Shown piece by piece: positions 1 to 9,179 of a stretch of 29,788 nt of DNA. The DNA comes from Chloroflexota bacterium (lineage in GTDB: Bacteria > Chloroflexota > Dehalococcoidia > Lucifugimonadales > Lucifugimonadaceae). The stretch spans positions 109,487 to 139,274 of the forward strand of contig PBHC01000008.1 of the NCBI GenBank assembly GCA_002719295.1, given 5' to 3'. Made by a program: the position numbers and the translations under genes. Under the pieces are notes generated by a model. That model made no database searches. It was given only the letters and a program-made list of their open reading frames with translations, and was not told the DNA's origin. Each line of letters starts with the position of its first letter. Within the stretch, counting starts at the first letter, position 1.

Positions 1-2282
1 CCTGTTCCGTATTCTTTTCCTGCAATAACGATTAAAGGGGTATCATTTTTTTGGTATAACTCAGAAGCTTCATATATTCTCATTTTTTCATTTGTAGGAA
101 AATGAATTGTCCAATCTCCTTCATCTTCAACTATTTCATTTCTAAGTCGAATATTTCCAAAAGTTCCTCTAACCATAATATTATGATTCCCTCTTCTTGA
201 ACCGTATGAATTAAATTCAAACCTTGGAACATCACTAGAAATCAACAATTGACCTGATGGAGCGGATTGAGGAATAGATCCTGCTGGAGATATATGATCA
301 GTAGTCACTGAATTACCTAAAACAACTAAACATCTTGAATCCTTAATTTTTGTTTTTTCTGGCAACTGTAAATCAAAATTTTCAAAATAAGGAGGTTTTT
401 GAATATATGTTGAATCAATTTCCCATTTAAATTTATCTGATTTAGTTGCTGAAAGTTTTTGCCATTCTTCAGGACCTTCAAAAACTGATTTATATTCCTC
501 AATAAACATTTTAGAATCTAAAGAATTTTCAATGGTCCTCTCAATTTCTTCAGTAGAAGGCCAAAGATCAGCCATAAAAACAGGATTCCCATCTTTATCA
601 TTTGAAATAGGATCTTTAGAAAAATCTATATTAACTGTTCCTGCAAGAGCATACAAAACAACAAGCATTGGAGAAGCTAAATAGTTAGCTTTGACCTGAG
701 GATGTACTCTACCTTCAAAATTTCTATTCCCTGAAAGAACTGCAGCTACTGATAATTCTTTATTATCTATTACTTCAGCAATTTCTTGAGGTAAAGGGCC
801 TGAGTTACCAATACATGTAGTGCATCCATATCCTACCGTATGAAAACCAATATCATCTAAATATTTATCAAGTCCAGCTGATTCTAAATATTTACTTACA
901 ACTTTTGAACCTGGAGCGAGAGATGTTTTGACCCATTGTTTGGGCTTTAATCCTTTTTTTGATGCATTTTTAGCTATTATTCCTGCACCCATCATTACAT
1001 TTGGATTAGATGTATTTGTACAACTTGTGATAGCAGCTATAACAACCGATCCATCATCTAATTCACTATTATCAATTTGATCTTCACTTAATTGAAAACT
1101 ATCTTGAAAATTAGTTTTAACGTTTGATAAAGCTAATCTATCTTGTGGTCTTTTTGGCCCAGCTAATGATGGTGAAACAGAGGATAAATCAAAATCTATT
1201 TTTTTTGTGAAATTTGGATCTATTCCATCATAAAACAAATTATTACTCTGAGTATATTTTTCAACTCTATCAATAATTTTTTTATTTCTTCCTGTTAATG
1301 TTAAATAATCCATTGTTCTATTATCTACAGGAAAAAATCCACATGTAGCACCATATTCAGGTGCCATATTCGAAATAGTAGCCCTATCTGTCAAAGATAA
1401 ACTACTCATACCCGGACCAAAAAATTCTACAAATTTTTCAACTACCCCTACTTCTCTTAATTTTTCTACAATTGCCAATACAACATCAGTTGCTGTGGTC
1501 CCTTCATTTATTTTTCCATAAAGATTTACACCTATTACTTCTGGTACTTGCATATAATAAGGCTGACCTAACATTACAGCTTCTGCTTCAATACCTCCAA
1601 CTCCCCAACCTAATACTCCTACTGCATTAATCATTGTTGTATGAGAATCTGTTCCTACGCATGTATCAGGATAAATAAAATTATTTTCATCTGAACTTAA
1701 TATTATTTCTGCAAGATTTTCTAAATTAACCTGATGGACAATTCCTGTACCAGGAGGCACAACTAAAAAATTTGAAAATGAATTTTGAGCCCATTTCAAA
1801 AGTTTATATCTCTCTTGATTTCTGTCAAATTCTCTTGAAATATTTTTTGACAAAGAAGAGTTTTGAGCAAAATAATCAACTTGCACAGAATGATCTATTA
1901 CAAGATCTGTTCTTACAATGGGATTAATCATTGAAGCATTAATTCCTAGGGTACTTACAGCATCTCTCATCGCCGCAAGATCAACCACCACTGGAACTCC
2001 TGTAAAGTCTTGAAGAATCACCCTTCCAGGCATATATGGGAATTCTTTATCGGGGGCAGAATCTTTAGACCAACTTATCAATTGCTCTATTTGCTGTAAG
2101 TTTGAAATTTCGTTATGATTTGACCTTAATACATTTTCTATAAGTATTCGTATAGAAAACGGAATTTTATTTAAATTGATATTATTGTCATCAGTTAAAG
2201 ACTTAATATCAAAAAAACTTTTCGATCCTTCTATAAGCTCAATTTCCCTTAGATATTTATTTTTTTCAAAATTAATAGACAT
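1..2282 (-). CDS. acnA: Aconitate hydratase AcnA (3' end runs off the window start)
   Basis: Not in the ORF track because it is truncated. Translated by hand from ATG at 2282: MSINFEKNKY...KIPFSIRILIENVLR, then LQDFTGVP, DHSVQVD, GTDSHTTMIN, AAITSCTNTSNP, GYGCTTCIGNSG, SGNRNFEGRVH, TTDHISPAG, YGSRRGNH and VIAGKEYGTG at the edge. These are AcnA/IRP motifs including the three Fe-S Cys ligands. A GGGAGAG SD lies just upstream. Confidence 0.97.
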   Translation of the reverse strand, partial: MSINFEKNKYLREIELIEGSKSFFDIKSLTDDNNINLNKIPFSIRILIENVLRSNHNEISNLQQIEQLISWSKDSAPDKEFPYMPGRVILQDFTGVPVVVDLAAMRDAVSTLGINASMINPIVRTDLVIDHSVQVDYFAQNSSLSKNISREFDRNQERYKLLKWAQNSFSNFLVVPPGTGIVHQVNLENLAEIILSSDENNFIYPDTCVGTDSHTTMINAVGVLGWGVGGIEAEAVMLGQPYYMQVPEVIGVNLYGKINEGTTATDVVLAIVEKLREVGVVEKFVEFFGPGMSSLSLTDRATISNMAPEYGATCGFFPVDNRTMDYLTLTGRNKKIIDRVEKYTQSNNLFYDGIDPNFTKKIDFDLSSVSPSLAGPKRPQDRLALSNVKTNFQDSFQLSEDQIDNSELDDGSVVIAAITSCTNTSNPNVMMGAGIIAKNASKKGLKPKQWVKTSLAPGSKVVSKYLESAGLDKYLDDIGFHTVGYGCTTCIGNSGPLPQEIAEVIDNKELSVAAVLSGNRNFEGRVHPQVKANYLASPMLVVLYALAGTVNIDFSKDPISNDKDGNPVFMADLWPSTEEIERTIENSLDSKMFIEEYKSVFEGPEEWQKLSATKSDKFKWEIDSTYIQKPPYFENFDLQLPEKTKIKDSRCLVVLGNSVTTDHISPAGSIPQSAPSGQLLISSDVPRFEFNSYGSRRGNHNIMVRGTFGNIRLRNEIVEDEGDWTIHFPTNEKMRIYEASELYQKNDTPLIVIAGKEYGT

Positions 2283-2356
2283 TCTCTCTCCCAAAGTCCT
2301 AAACGGATAATAAATTTAATGTTACATTCTATTATTAGATTAAATAAATAGCTAGA

Positions 2357-3628
2357 ATGAACCAATTAGCGAAATTCATCGAAAAAAATACATCTTTTTA
2401 TTACGGATGGATTATTGTAGCCGGATCTGGTTCAACAATGTTTGTTAGAAATGCTGCCGCAACCTTAACTATAGCCGTTTTTGTTTACCCTATGAGCGAA
2501 GACTTGGGATGGTCAAGAACATTGATTGTTGGAGCCTCTTCTCTAGCAGGAATTTTATCAGTATTCATTTCTCCACTTTCCGGGTATCTAATTCAAAAAT
2601 ATGGTTCTAAAAAAACTTTATTCTTCTCTATATCTCTATTAGGAATCTCGACTCTATTAATTAGCAGAACATTTAATCCAATTACTTTCTACATACTTTT
2701 TGGAATTGGAAGAATAATTTTTAGTTCTCCTGTACAAATAGGAGCTTCAACAGTCATTGCTAAATGGTTCATAAATAATAGAGGAAAAGCAACTGGAATT
2801 TTAGGTTTATCTCATTCACTAGGTATGGGACTATTTCCTTTATTTGCACAATTAATTATAAACATAGATGGCAACAATCCTGATTCTTGGAGAATGAGTT
2901 GGATATTTATAGGACTAATGGTGTGGTTGATTTCTTTACCTTTGGTGTTTTTCACAATGGTAGATGATCCTAAAGATATAGACTCTAACGATAAAAAATA
3001 TTTGGAGTTAAAAAATAACTCAGGAAATAAAGATAGAAATACATCTTCTATATCGCTAAGAAATGCACTAAAAACTAGACCTTTTTGGATGTTATCAATG
3101 GTTGGATTTTTAACATATTTTATCCATACCGGAGTAAATATTCATCAAGCAGCATACTTAATCGATAAAGGTATAAATCCTATTTTTGCAGCATCAGCAT
3201 TAACTATTATGGCCTTAGGGACAGGTGTAGGTAGTCTTGTTACAGGATGGGCTACAGATAAGTTTTCTTCAAAATATGTTTATTTCTTTGGATGTGTTTG
3301 GCTAGGTCTTTCAGCATTATTATTTCTATTAATATCAAATATAATTTTGGCATATTTAATAGGATTCATTTTTGGAATGGCTTTAGGTGGTTTATTAGTA
3401 ATCCCTCCGGTTGTGCTAGCTGATATTTTTGGGAAAGATAATATTGGTTCCATTAGAGGATATTCAGAGCCATTTGTAAGTGCTGGACAAGCGATAGGTG
3501 GAATATCAGCTGGATTAATATATGATTTCACTGGATCTTACAAACTAAGCTTCCCAATGTTTGCGTTAATAGCTTTATTAGCTTGTATTTTTATAATTTT
3601 TTCATCCAATGTAAAAAGAATTAAATAA
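2357..3628 (+). CDS. MFS transporter (OFA/MCT-like, substrate unknown)
   Basis: 423 aa with about 12 hydrophobic segments, YYGWIIV N-terminus, motif-A-like GYLIQKYGSK and GWATDKFSSK, KWFINNRGKATG, and C-terminal GLIYDFTGSY. Confidence 0.9.
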   Translation: MNQLAKFIEKNTSFYYGWIIVAGSGSTMFVRNAAATLTIAVFVYPMSEDLGWSRTLIVGASSLAGILSVFISPLSGYLIQKYGSKKTLFFSISLLGISTLLISRTFNPITFYILFGIGRIIFSSPVQIGASTVIAKWFINNRGKATGILGLSHSLGMGLFPLFAQLIINIDGNNPDSWRMSWIFIGLMVWLISLPLVFFTMVDDPKDIDSNDKKYLELKNNSGNKDRNTSSISLRNALKTRPFWMLSMVGFLTYFIHTGVNIHQAAYLIDKGINPIFAASALTIMALGTGVGSLVTGWATDKFSSKYVYFFGCVWLGLSALLFLLISNIILAYLIGFIFGMALGGLLVIPPVVLADIFGKDNIGSIRGYSEPFVSAGQAIGGISAGLIYDFTGSYKLSFPMFALIALLACIFIIFSSNVKRIK

Positions 3629-3707
3629 AAGTAGCCACTTAATCAATTAATATGCTTTGAGATGTTTTTGAATTTCTTTTTTAAAACAAAATTAATTATT
3701 TATAGAC

Positions 3708-4685
3708 CTATAATTTATTTTCTTTAGTTACAGATTCTATTAATGCTTGTATATATCCATTAGCAAATGCTCTTCCTCTATGGCCCCATTCAGTATCTTC
3801 AAATGTTTGAGGGACATGATCATCTATAAAAAAAGAATCAAAACCATTTTTATGATATATCTTCATTGCTTTATGCATATCTACGTATCCGGTATTAATA
3901 AATTCTTCATTAAAATTAGGTACAGTGCCTGAAACATTTCTGAAATGCACATATAATATTTTTTTTCTTGAAGAGAAATAATCAATCATTTCATATATCC
4001 CTCCATCTTTTGCATCTTCCATTTCTGAAAAAGTTCCCTGACAAAATTCAATTGCATTTGATGGAGAGTCAATTATTTCAATCAATCTCTTGTATGAATC
4101 AAAAGACCTAAATAGTTGAGGAATTCCTCCTAAAGATTCTACAGGTGGGTCACACGGGTGAATACCTAAACGAATATTATTTTGTTCTGCAATTGGAGTT
4201 ATTATTTTTATCCATTCTTCTAAATTTTGCCACATTTCATCTTCTGAGTATTCTCTTTCATGAGATATTGGCATTTGTTTCGCAGATTCATAATTAAAAG
4301 CTGTTGCTATAGATCCACTTCTGATTGTTTTGGGAGCAGTTCTCCAAACGTGAGAAGGCATCCAATTATATCCGAAGATTGGAATACCAATTTCTCCCAT
4401 ATTGGAAATGTTTTGAATCATATTTTCTATCTGCTGATCTTTTTGAGGACCATTTAGCATTATTTGATCATAAAAATGAGTAGGGACATTTTCAATTGCT
4501 GATAATCTCAAGTTATAACTTTCTATAGTTAACTTTAATTTCAGTAATTCCTTTTTTGACCATACACCTGGTTTTTCTTCCTGAAGAGATGGATTATTAA
4601 GTAATATGTCCTTTACTCCATATTGTGCTGCAAATCTCAAATATTCAGGAGTTGCTACATTGAATTGCCCAAATCCTGGTCTCAT
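3708..4685 (-). CDS. uxuA: Mannonate dehydratase (UxuA) family protein, divergent
   Basis: 325 aa with GYNWMP, MWQNLEEWIKIITPIAEQNNIRLGIHPCDPP, FCQGT, YVHFRNV, EEFINTGYVDM and DDHVP, matching the UxuA family. GGAG SD upstream. The substrate is not certain. Confidence 0.8.
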   Translation of the reverse strand: MRPGFGQFNVATPEYLRFAAQYGVKDILLNNPSLQEEKPGVWSKKELLKLKLTIESYNLRLSAIENVPTHFYDQIMLNGPQKDQQIENMIQNISNMGEIGIPIFGYNWMPSHVWRTAPKTIRSGSIATAFNYESAKQMPISHEREYSEDEMWQNLEEWIKIITPIAEQNNIRLGIHPCDPPVESLGGIPQLFRSFDSYKRLIEIIDSPSNAIEFCQGTFSEMEDAKDGGIYEMIDYFSSRKKILYVHFRNVSGTVPNFNEEFINTGYVDMHKAMKIYHKNGFDSFFIDDHVPQTFEDTEWGHRGRAFANGYIQALIESVTKENKL

Positions 4686-4725
4686 TTTTACTCCAATTTT
4701 ATAAATTTAATAGTAGATTCTTAAA

Positions 4726-5484
4726 ATGCTAATAGATATTCATACACATGTACAACAATTTAGTAACGAAGATATAGAAATATTAATTAATAATTCTATA
4801 AAAAATAATATCAAAATAATTATTGCTGCTGGCACAACATTATCTGATTCTGAAAATTCGATTGAATTATCAAAAAAATATAAGGAGATTTATTCTGCGG
4901 TAGGAATTCATCCTCAAAATATTTTTGATGAAAAAACTGATAATTATATTGAAAAATTATCTAAACTTTCAGAAAATAAAAAAACTATTATGATTAGTGA
5001 AATAGGTCTAGATTTTCAAGAAAGTTCACCGGATAAAAAAATTCAAGAAGATTTTTTTTATGAACAAATCATCCTAGCAAAGAGTATTAAATTACCTGTT
5101 GCTTTTCATGTTCGAAATGCAGAAAAAGATGCAATAAATTTGATTAAAATCGCAAAAATAAATGAAATAAAGTCTGTAGCCCATTATTTTTCAGGCGATT
5201 ACAATTATGCAAAACAACTTCTAAATGAAAATGTTTATATTTCAGTTGCTAAGCCTTTTCTAAGAGATGAAATTCTATCCGATGTAATTAAAAAAATCCC
5301 ATTAGAACAATTAGTTATAGAAACAGATAGCTATCCTCAATATTTTAAAAAAAACAGATTACGTTGGACAGAACCTAAAGATCTTGTGTTGATTATAGAA
5401 AAATTGAGTAGTTTAAAAAAAATAAAACCAGAATTATTAATCGAAAAAATAGAATATAATTCAAAAAATATTTTGAATTTGTAG
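4726..5484 (+). CDS. tatD: TatD family DNase/hydrolase
   Basis: LIDIHTH, AVGIHP, SEIGLDF, FHVRNA, AHYFSG and IETDSYP motifs, 252 aa. Confidence 0.92.
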   Translation: MLIDIHTHVQQFSNEDIEILINNSIKNNIKIIIAAGTTLSDSENSIELSKKYKEIYSAVGIHPQNIFDEKTDNYIEKLSKLSENKKTIMISEIGLDFQESSPDKKIQEDFFYEQIILAKSIKLPVAFHVRNAEKDAINLIKIAKINEIKSVAHYFSGDYNYAKQLLNENVYISVAKPFLRDEILSDVIKKIPLEQLVIETDSYPQYFKKNRLRWTEPKDLVLIIEKLSSLKKIKPELLIEKIEYNSKNILNL

Positions 5485-5988
5485 TTACTTCTTTTTCTTG
5501 GTTCTTCTAGTTTTTTTTATTATCTGAGTATTTTTCTGTTTGGGACTTAATGAATCATCAATACCTTTTGAAATAATCTGATAATCATTATGAGAAATAA
5601 TGTGTACTGGAGCTAAGAAAGCCAGATACCAATCTTCTGGGGCCCATCTTTTCAAATAACTCAATGAAGGGGCTACATCATACCCACTCATAAATTTTTT
5701 TTCAGGCAAAATTTTAGTTGATTTCAACTTTACCCTGTAGGGAAATTTCACATCATCCTCTTCAAGATCCCAAATTTTCTTTTTATCAAAAAATTTCTTA
5801 GAATTTACAACTGAAGACCCAACAAAACTTTTAATATCTGAGATATAAAATAATACATGGTCGTTTGTATTTATTTTATTTGTCAATTTATTATCTTTTT
5901 TTGAAAATCCTAAAAGATCGAATGATCTTTTCTTAGATATATTAAAATTTTCTAGTGAAAAATTCACTAACCAATAAGTATTAGACAT
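5485..5988 (-). CDS. EVE domain-containing protein (PUA-like) with basic C-terminal tail
   Basis: N-terminal YWLV, INTNDHVLFYIS, FVGSSVV, IW...FPYRVKL and ISHNDYQII follow the EVE pattern; ends in KKTRRTKKKK. Confidence 0.75.
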   Translation of the reverse strand: MSNTYWLVNFSLENFNISKKRSFDLLGFSKKDNKLTNKINTNDHVLFYISDIKSFVGSSVVNSKKFFDKKKIWDLEEDDVKFPYRVKLKSTKILPEKKFMSGYDVAPSLSYLKRWAPEDWYLAFLAPVHIISHNDYQIISKGIDDSLSPKQKNTQIIKKTRRTKKKK

Positions 5989-6028
5989 AATAAATTTGCT
6001 TTATCCGTCTATTCTACCAAAATAGAAT

Positions 6029-6850
6029 TTAATCCTGTGTTTTAAACCTTATATAGACTGCTATAGAATTCATAAAAATTAATATAAATAACAAAACAAT
6101 AATTCCAGTGGATGCTATTGCTCTAAAATCATCTTGTGGGAATGATGCCCAGGTATATATTTGCAATGGTAATATGGTAAATCTATCTAATGGTCCTGAT
6201 GGAACCATAGTAATAAATACTAATGAACTAATAATTAAAATTGGAGCTGTTTCACCTAATGCTCGAGACATAGCTAAGATAATTCCACTCATTATTCCTC
6301 CTATAGAATGAGGGAGAATAACTCTTTTTGAAACTTCCCATTTTGTTGCCCCCAGTGCATATGCTGCATCTTTCAATGAAGGTTGTATTGTTCTAATAGC
6401 CTCCTGAGAAGCTATAATGACAATTGGGAGAACAAGTAATGTCATTGTCAAAGCTCCTGCTAATAAACTTTTACCAAGAGCTAATGTATAGGTAAAAAAA
6501 GCTAACCCAAGTAGTCCATAAATTATTGAAGGAACCCCTGCTAAGTTTGAAACATTTATTTTTATTATTTTATTAAATAAATTATCTGATGCAAATTCTT
6601 CAAGGTATAAGGCAGTAGATACTCCAATTGGGATAGTAAAAAGCGCTGTCAATACTATGAGCCATAATGTCCCTGCTAAAGGAGCTAAAATTCCAGATTT
6701 TTCTGCTTTTCTTGATGCATAATTAGTCAAAAAATCCCAAGTAAGATGTTTATACCCATCAGAAATTATATCTACAAATAAAATTACAAGAGAAAAAATA
6801 CCAATTAGAATTGCAGATAAAAAGAGTATATAGAAAAATTTTTCTTTCAT
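6029..6850 (-). CDS. pstA: Phosphate ABC transporter permease PstA
   Basis: GILAPLAGT, ALYLEEF, NLAGVPSIIYGLLG, EAA-type loop KDAAYALGATKW and SRALGETAP. Confidence 0.96.
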   Translation of the reverse strand: MKEKFFYILFLSAILIGIFSLVILFVDIISDGYKHLTWDFLTNYASRKAEKSGILAPLAGTLWLIVLTALFTIPIGVSTALYLEEFASDNLFNKIIKINVSNLAGVPSIIYGLLGLAFFTYTLALGKSLLAGALTMTLLVLPIVIIASQEAIRTIQPSLKDAAYALGATKWEVSKRVILPHSIGGIMSGIILAMSRALGETAPILIISSLVFITMVPSGPLDRFTILPLQIYTWASFPQDDFRAIASTGIIVLLFILIFMNSIAVYIRFKTQD

Positions 6851-6853
6851 AGT

Positions 6854-7759
6854 TTATTCATAATTTTGGGCATATTTTGTAACAATAAATCTTCCTATTA
6901 AATTCATAATAAGAGTCAAGAAAAAAAGCAATAATCCAACAGCAAAAATACTATTATATTCAACAGATCCTTGCGGTGTTTCACCTTGGCTTACGGTGAC
7001 TATATACGCTGTCATAGTTTGTATAGCATCAAGAGGATTTAATGTTAATGCAGGCTTTCCTCCTGCAGCAAGGCTTACAATCATTGTTTCTCCTATAGCT
7101 CGAGATATGGCTAGAATAAAAGAGGCAACGACTCCTGAAATTGCTGAAGGAAATACGACTCTTAAAGCCACTTGGTATTTTTTTGCTCCTAGTCCATAAG
7201 CTGCTTCTCGCAAACTCATAGGAACAGCATTCATAGCATCCTCTGATAATGTGGAAACCATTGGAATAATCATGATTCCCATGACTATCCCAGCACTTAA
7301 GGCATTAAAAATAATTGTTTGAGGGAAAATAACTTGAATTATAGGTGTAACAAAAGTCAATGCAAAATATCCATAAACTACTGTTGGGATCCCAGCTAAA
7401 ATTTCTAATAAAGGTTTTATGATTTTTCTAACACTTCTGCTTGCATATTCAGATAAATAAAAAGCACTTCCCAATCCAAAAACTAATGCTGTTCCAGCAG
7501 CTATAAAAGCAACAAGAAAAGTCCCGTTTACTAATGGAGAGACACCAAAGTTTTGAGGGACAAATAATGGAGTCCACTTTAATTCTGTAAAAAATTCAGT
7601 AAATCCTACTTCCTTGAAAAAGGGTACAGAGTTTACTCCTAAAATAGTAATTATTCCAATAGTTGTAATAATTGAAATCAATCCACTTAATCTAAGTAAA
7701 TTGAGAACTAAAGTTTCTTCTATTTTTCTTTTAGTTATACCTCTAGTGTCTTTTTGCAT
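6854..7759 (-). CDS. pstC: Phosphate ABC transporter permease PstC
   Basis: YLSEYA, KPLLEILAGIPTVVYG, EAA loop LREAAYGLGA, SRAIGETMIV and QTMTAYIV; 3 bp upstream of pstA. Confidence 0.96.
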   Translation of the reverse strand: MQKDTRGITKRKIEETLVLNLLRLSGLISIITTIGIITILGVNSVPFFKEVGFTEFFTELKWTPLFVPQNFGVSPLVNGTFLVAFIAAGTALVFGLGSAFYLSEYASRSVRKIIKPLLEILAGIPTVVYGYFALTFVTPIIQVIFPQTIIFNALSAGIVMGIMIIPMVSTLSEDAMNAVPMSLREAAYGLGAKKYQVALRVVFPSAISGVVASFILAISRAIGETMIVSLAAGGKPALTLNPLDAIQTMTAYIVTVSQGETPQGSVEYNSIFAVGLLLFFLTLIMNLIGRFIVTKYAQNYE

Positions 7760-7816
7760 AAAAAATAAAATTTAAATAAATTATCAAGTCAAGATTATTA
7801 CAATCAATAATCTAAT

Positions 7817-7835
7817 TGTTAAATCAACGTTAAAT
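7817..7835 (-). promoter_or_regulatory. Candidate Pho box (two direct repeats, 11-bp period) upstream of pstC
   Basis: GTTAAAT at 7818-7824 and 7829-7835 (minus strand ATTTAAC-N4-ATTTAACA), exactly 11 bp apart and about 60 bp upstream of the pstC ATG. It resembles the TT(A/T/C)ACA repeats bound by Gram-positive PhoP. Confidence 0.55.
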
Positions 7836-7844
7836 AATATAAAT

Positions 7845-9173
7845 CTATTGTGGAATTTTTATAGCAATAGACAATCCATTATTTAACGAACTATTGGCAA
7901 TAATTGTTCCATCGTGAAGTTCTACAATATGTTTTACAATTGAAAGCCCTAATCCAGAATGTTTATCACTTCTTATTCCATCAGCTCTATAAAATCTTTC
8001 AAAAATATGAGGCAAATCTTTTTCTGTAACACCTGTACCATAATCATTAAACACAATTTCAAATTCTTTTTCTGATTTGAATAAATCTATTTCTATAGAA
8101 TTTCCTATTTCGCTATATCTAATAGAATTAGATATAACATTTTCAAAAATTGTCATAAAAAGATTTCTGTCTAAAACTATTTTCTTAAAATTATTTTTTT
8201 TATTGATTATTAATTTAATTTGTTTTGAGTCTAATAAAGTTTCTATAAGTTTTTTAGCTTCATTTATAAAATCATCAATAGAAAATTCTTCCTCAGATAA
8301 TGTAATAATGCCTGATTCCAAAGCATGTACATTTCCAATATCTTTAGAAATTTTTTGTAATCTATCTGAATCAAATGTTATTTTTTCTAAAAAATATTCA
8401 AAATCATCTTTATTATCAATTTTTATACTATTTTTTAATGCCTCAACGTTTAATTGAATTGAAGTAACTGGAGTCTTTAATTCATGTGAGGTATTAGCAA
8501 AAAATTCTTTCCTAATTTTATCCATATAAAAGATATCAGTTATATCTTTTATAAACAAAATAATTGTATCTTCTATCTTTAAAGATCTTAAATTAAAATG
8601 TTTTTCTGGAAAATTAGTTTGTATATTTTTATTATTTACATTAGTTGAAGATGATTCTACAAATTCAAGTATTTCAATGTTAGTTGAAATGTCAGTAAAT
8701 TTATTTATACTTGGGATATTTGATATGTTTTTATCAAATAATTCTAATGCTTTTTTATTTATACTTTTTACATTTCTTTTTGAATCCAAAAATAATATTC
8801 CCTCATCGAAATAATCTTTAGAAAGATTATAAAGCAATCCAAATTCATTATTTGTTTTTAGGTCAGAGTTGAGTTCAATTATGTTGTCCTTTAATAACTT
8901 ATTAGTTGTATTTAAATCATCAATAAAATTTAGTTTAGAATTAGTGTCATTAAAAATCATTTTAATATTATTATTTAATAAATTTATCTTAGCTTTTACA
9001 ACATAAATTGTAAAAATATTGAATAAAAATAAAAGAATAAAAACACAAAGAAGTAAAAACAAATTATCAGAAAAAATTAGGATTAGTAAAAAAGATATGA
9101 ATAATATATTAGTACCTAATAATAGAACTATTTTAGTATATGAAAGTTTAGGAATATTCTGCTTTAAATTAAT
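7845..9173 (-). CDS. phoR: Phosphate regulon sensor histidine kinase PhoR (start uncertain)
   Basis: H-box FFANTSHELKTP, N-box ENVISNSIRYS, DYGTG, IFERFYRAD, SGLGLSIVKHIVELHDG and a PAS-like DEGILFLD segment. The track starts it at TTG 9062, but the frame stays open to 9179 and adds a TM helix; 9173 (ATT) is a tentative start. Confidence 0.9.
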   Translation of the reverse strand: MNLKQNIPKLSYTKIVLLLGTNILFISFLLILIFSDNLFLLLCVFILLFLFNIFTIYVVKAKINLLNNNIKMIFNDTNSKLNFIDDLNTTNKLLKDNIIELNSDLKTNNEFGLLYNLSKDYFDEGILFLDSKRNVKSINKKALELFDKNISNIPSINKFTDISTNIEILEFVESSSTNVNNKNIQTNFPEKHFNLRSLKIEDTIILFIKDITDIFYMDKIRKEFFANTSHELKTPVTSIQLNVEALKNSIKIDNKDDFEYFLEKITFDSDRLQKISKDIGNVHALESGIITLSEEEFSIDDFINEAKKLIETLLDSKQIKLIINKKNNFKKIVLDRNLFMTIFENVISNSIRYSEIGNSIEIDLFKSEKEFEIVFNDYGTGVTEKDLPHIFERFYRADGIRSDKHSGLGLSIVKHIVELHDGTIIANSSLNNGLSIAIKIPQ

Positions 9174-9179
9174 TTCTTT

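Noticed and set aside
4726..5988. TatD + EVE as a modification-dependent anti-phage module
   Set aside because: The genes are convergent rather than co-transcribed, TatD looks like the housekeeping type, and no ATPase, restriction nuclease or other defence gene is nearby.
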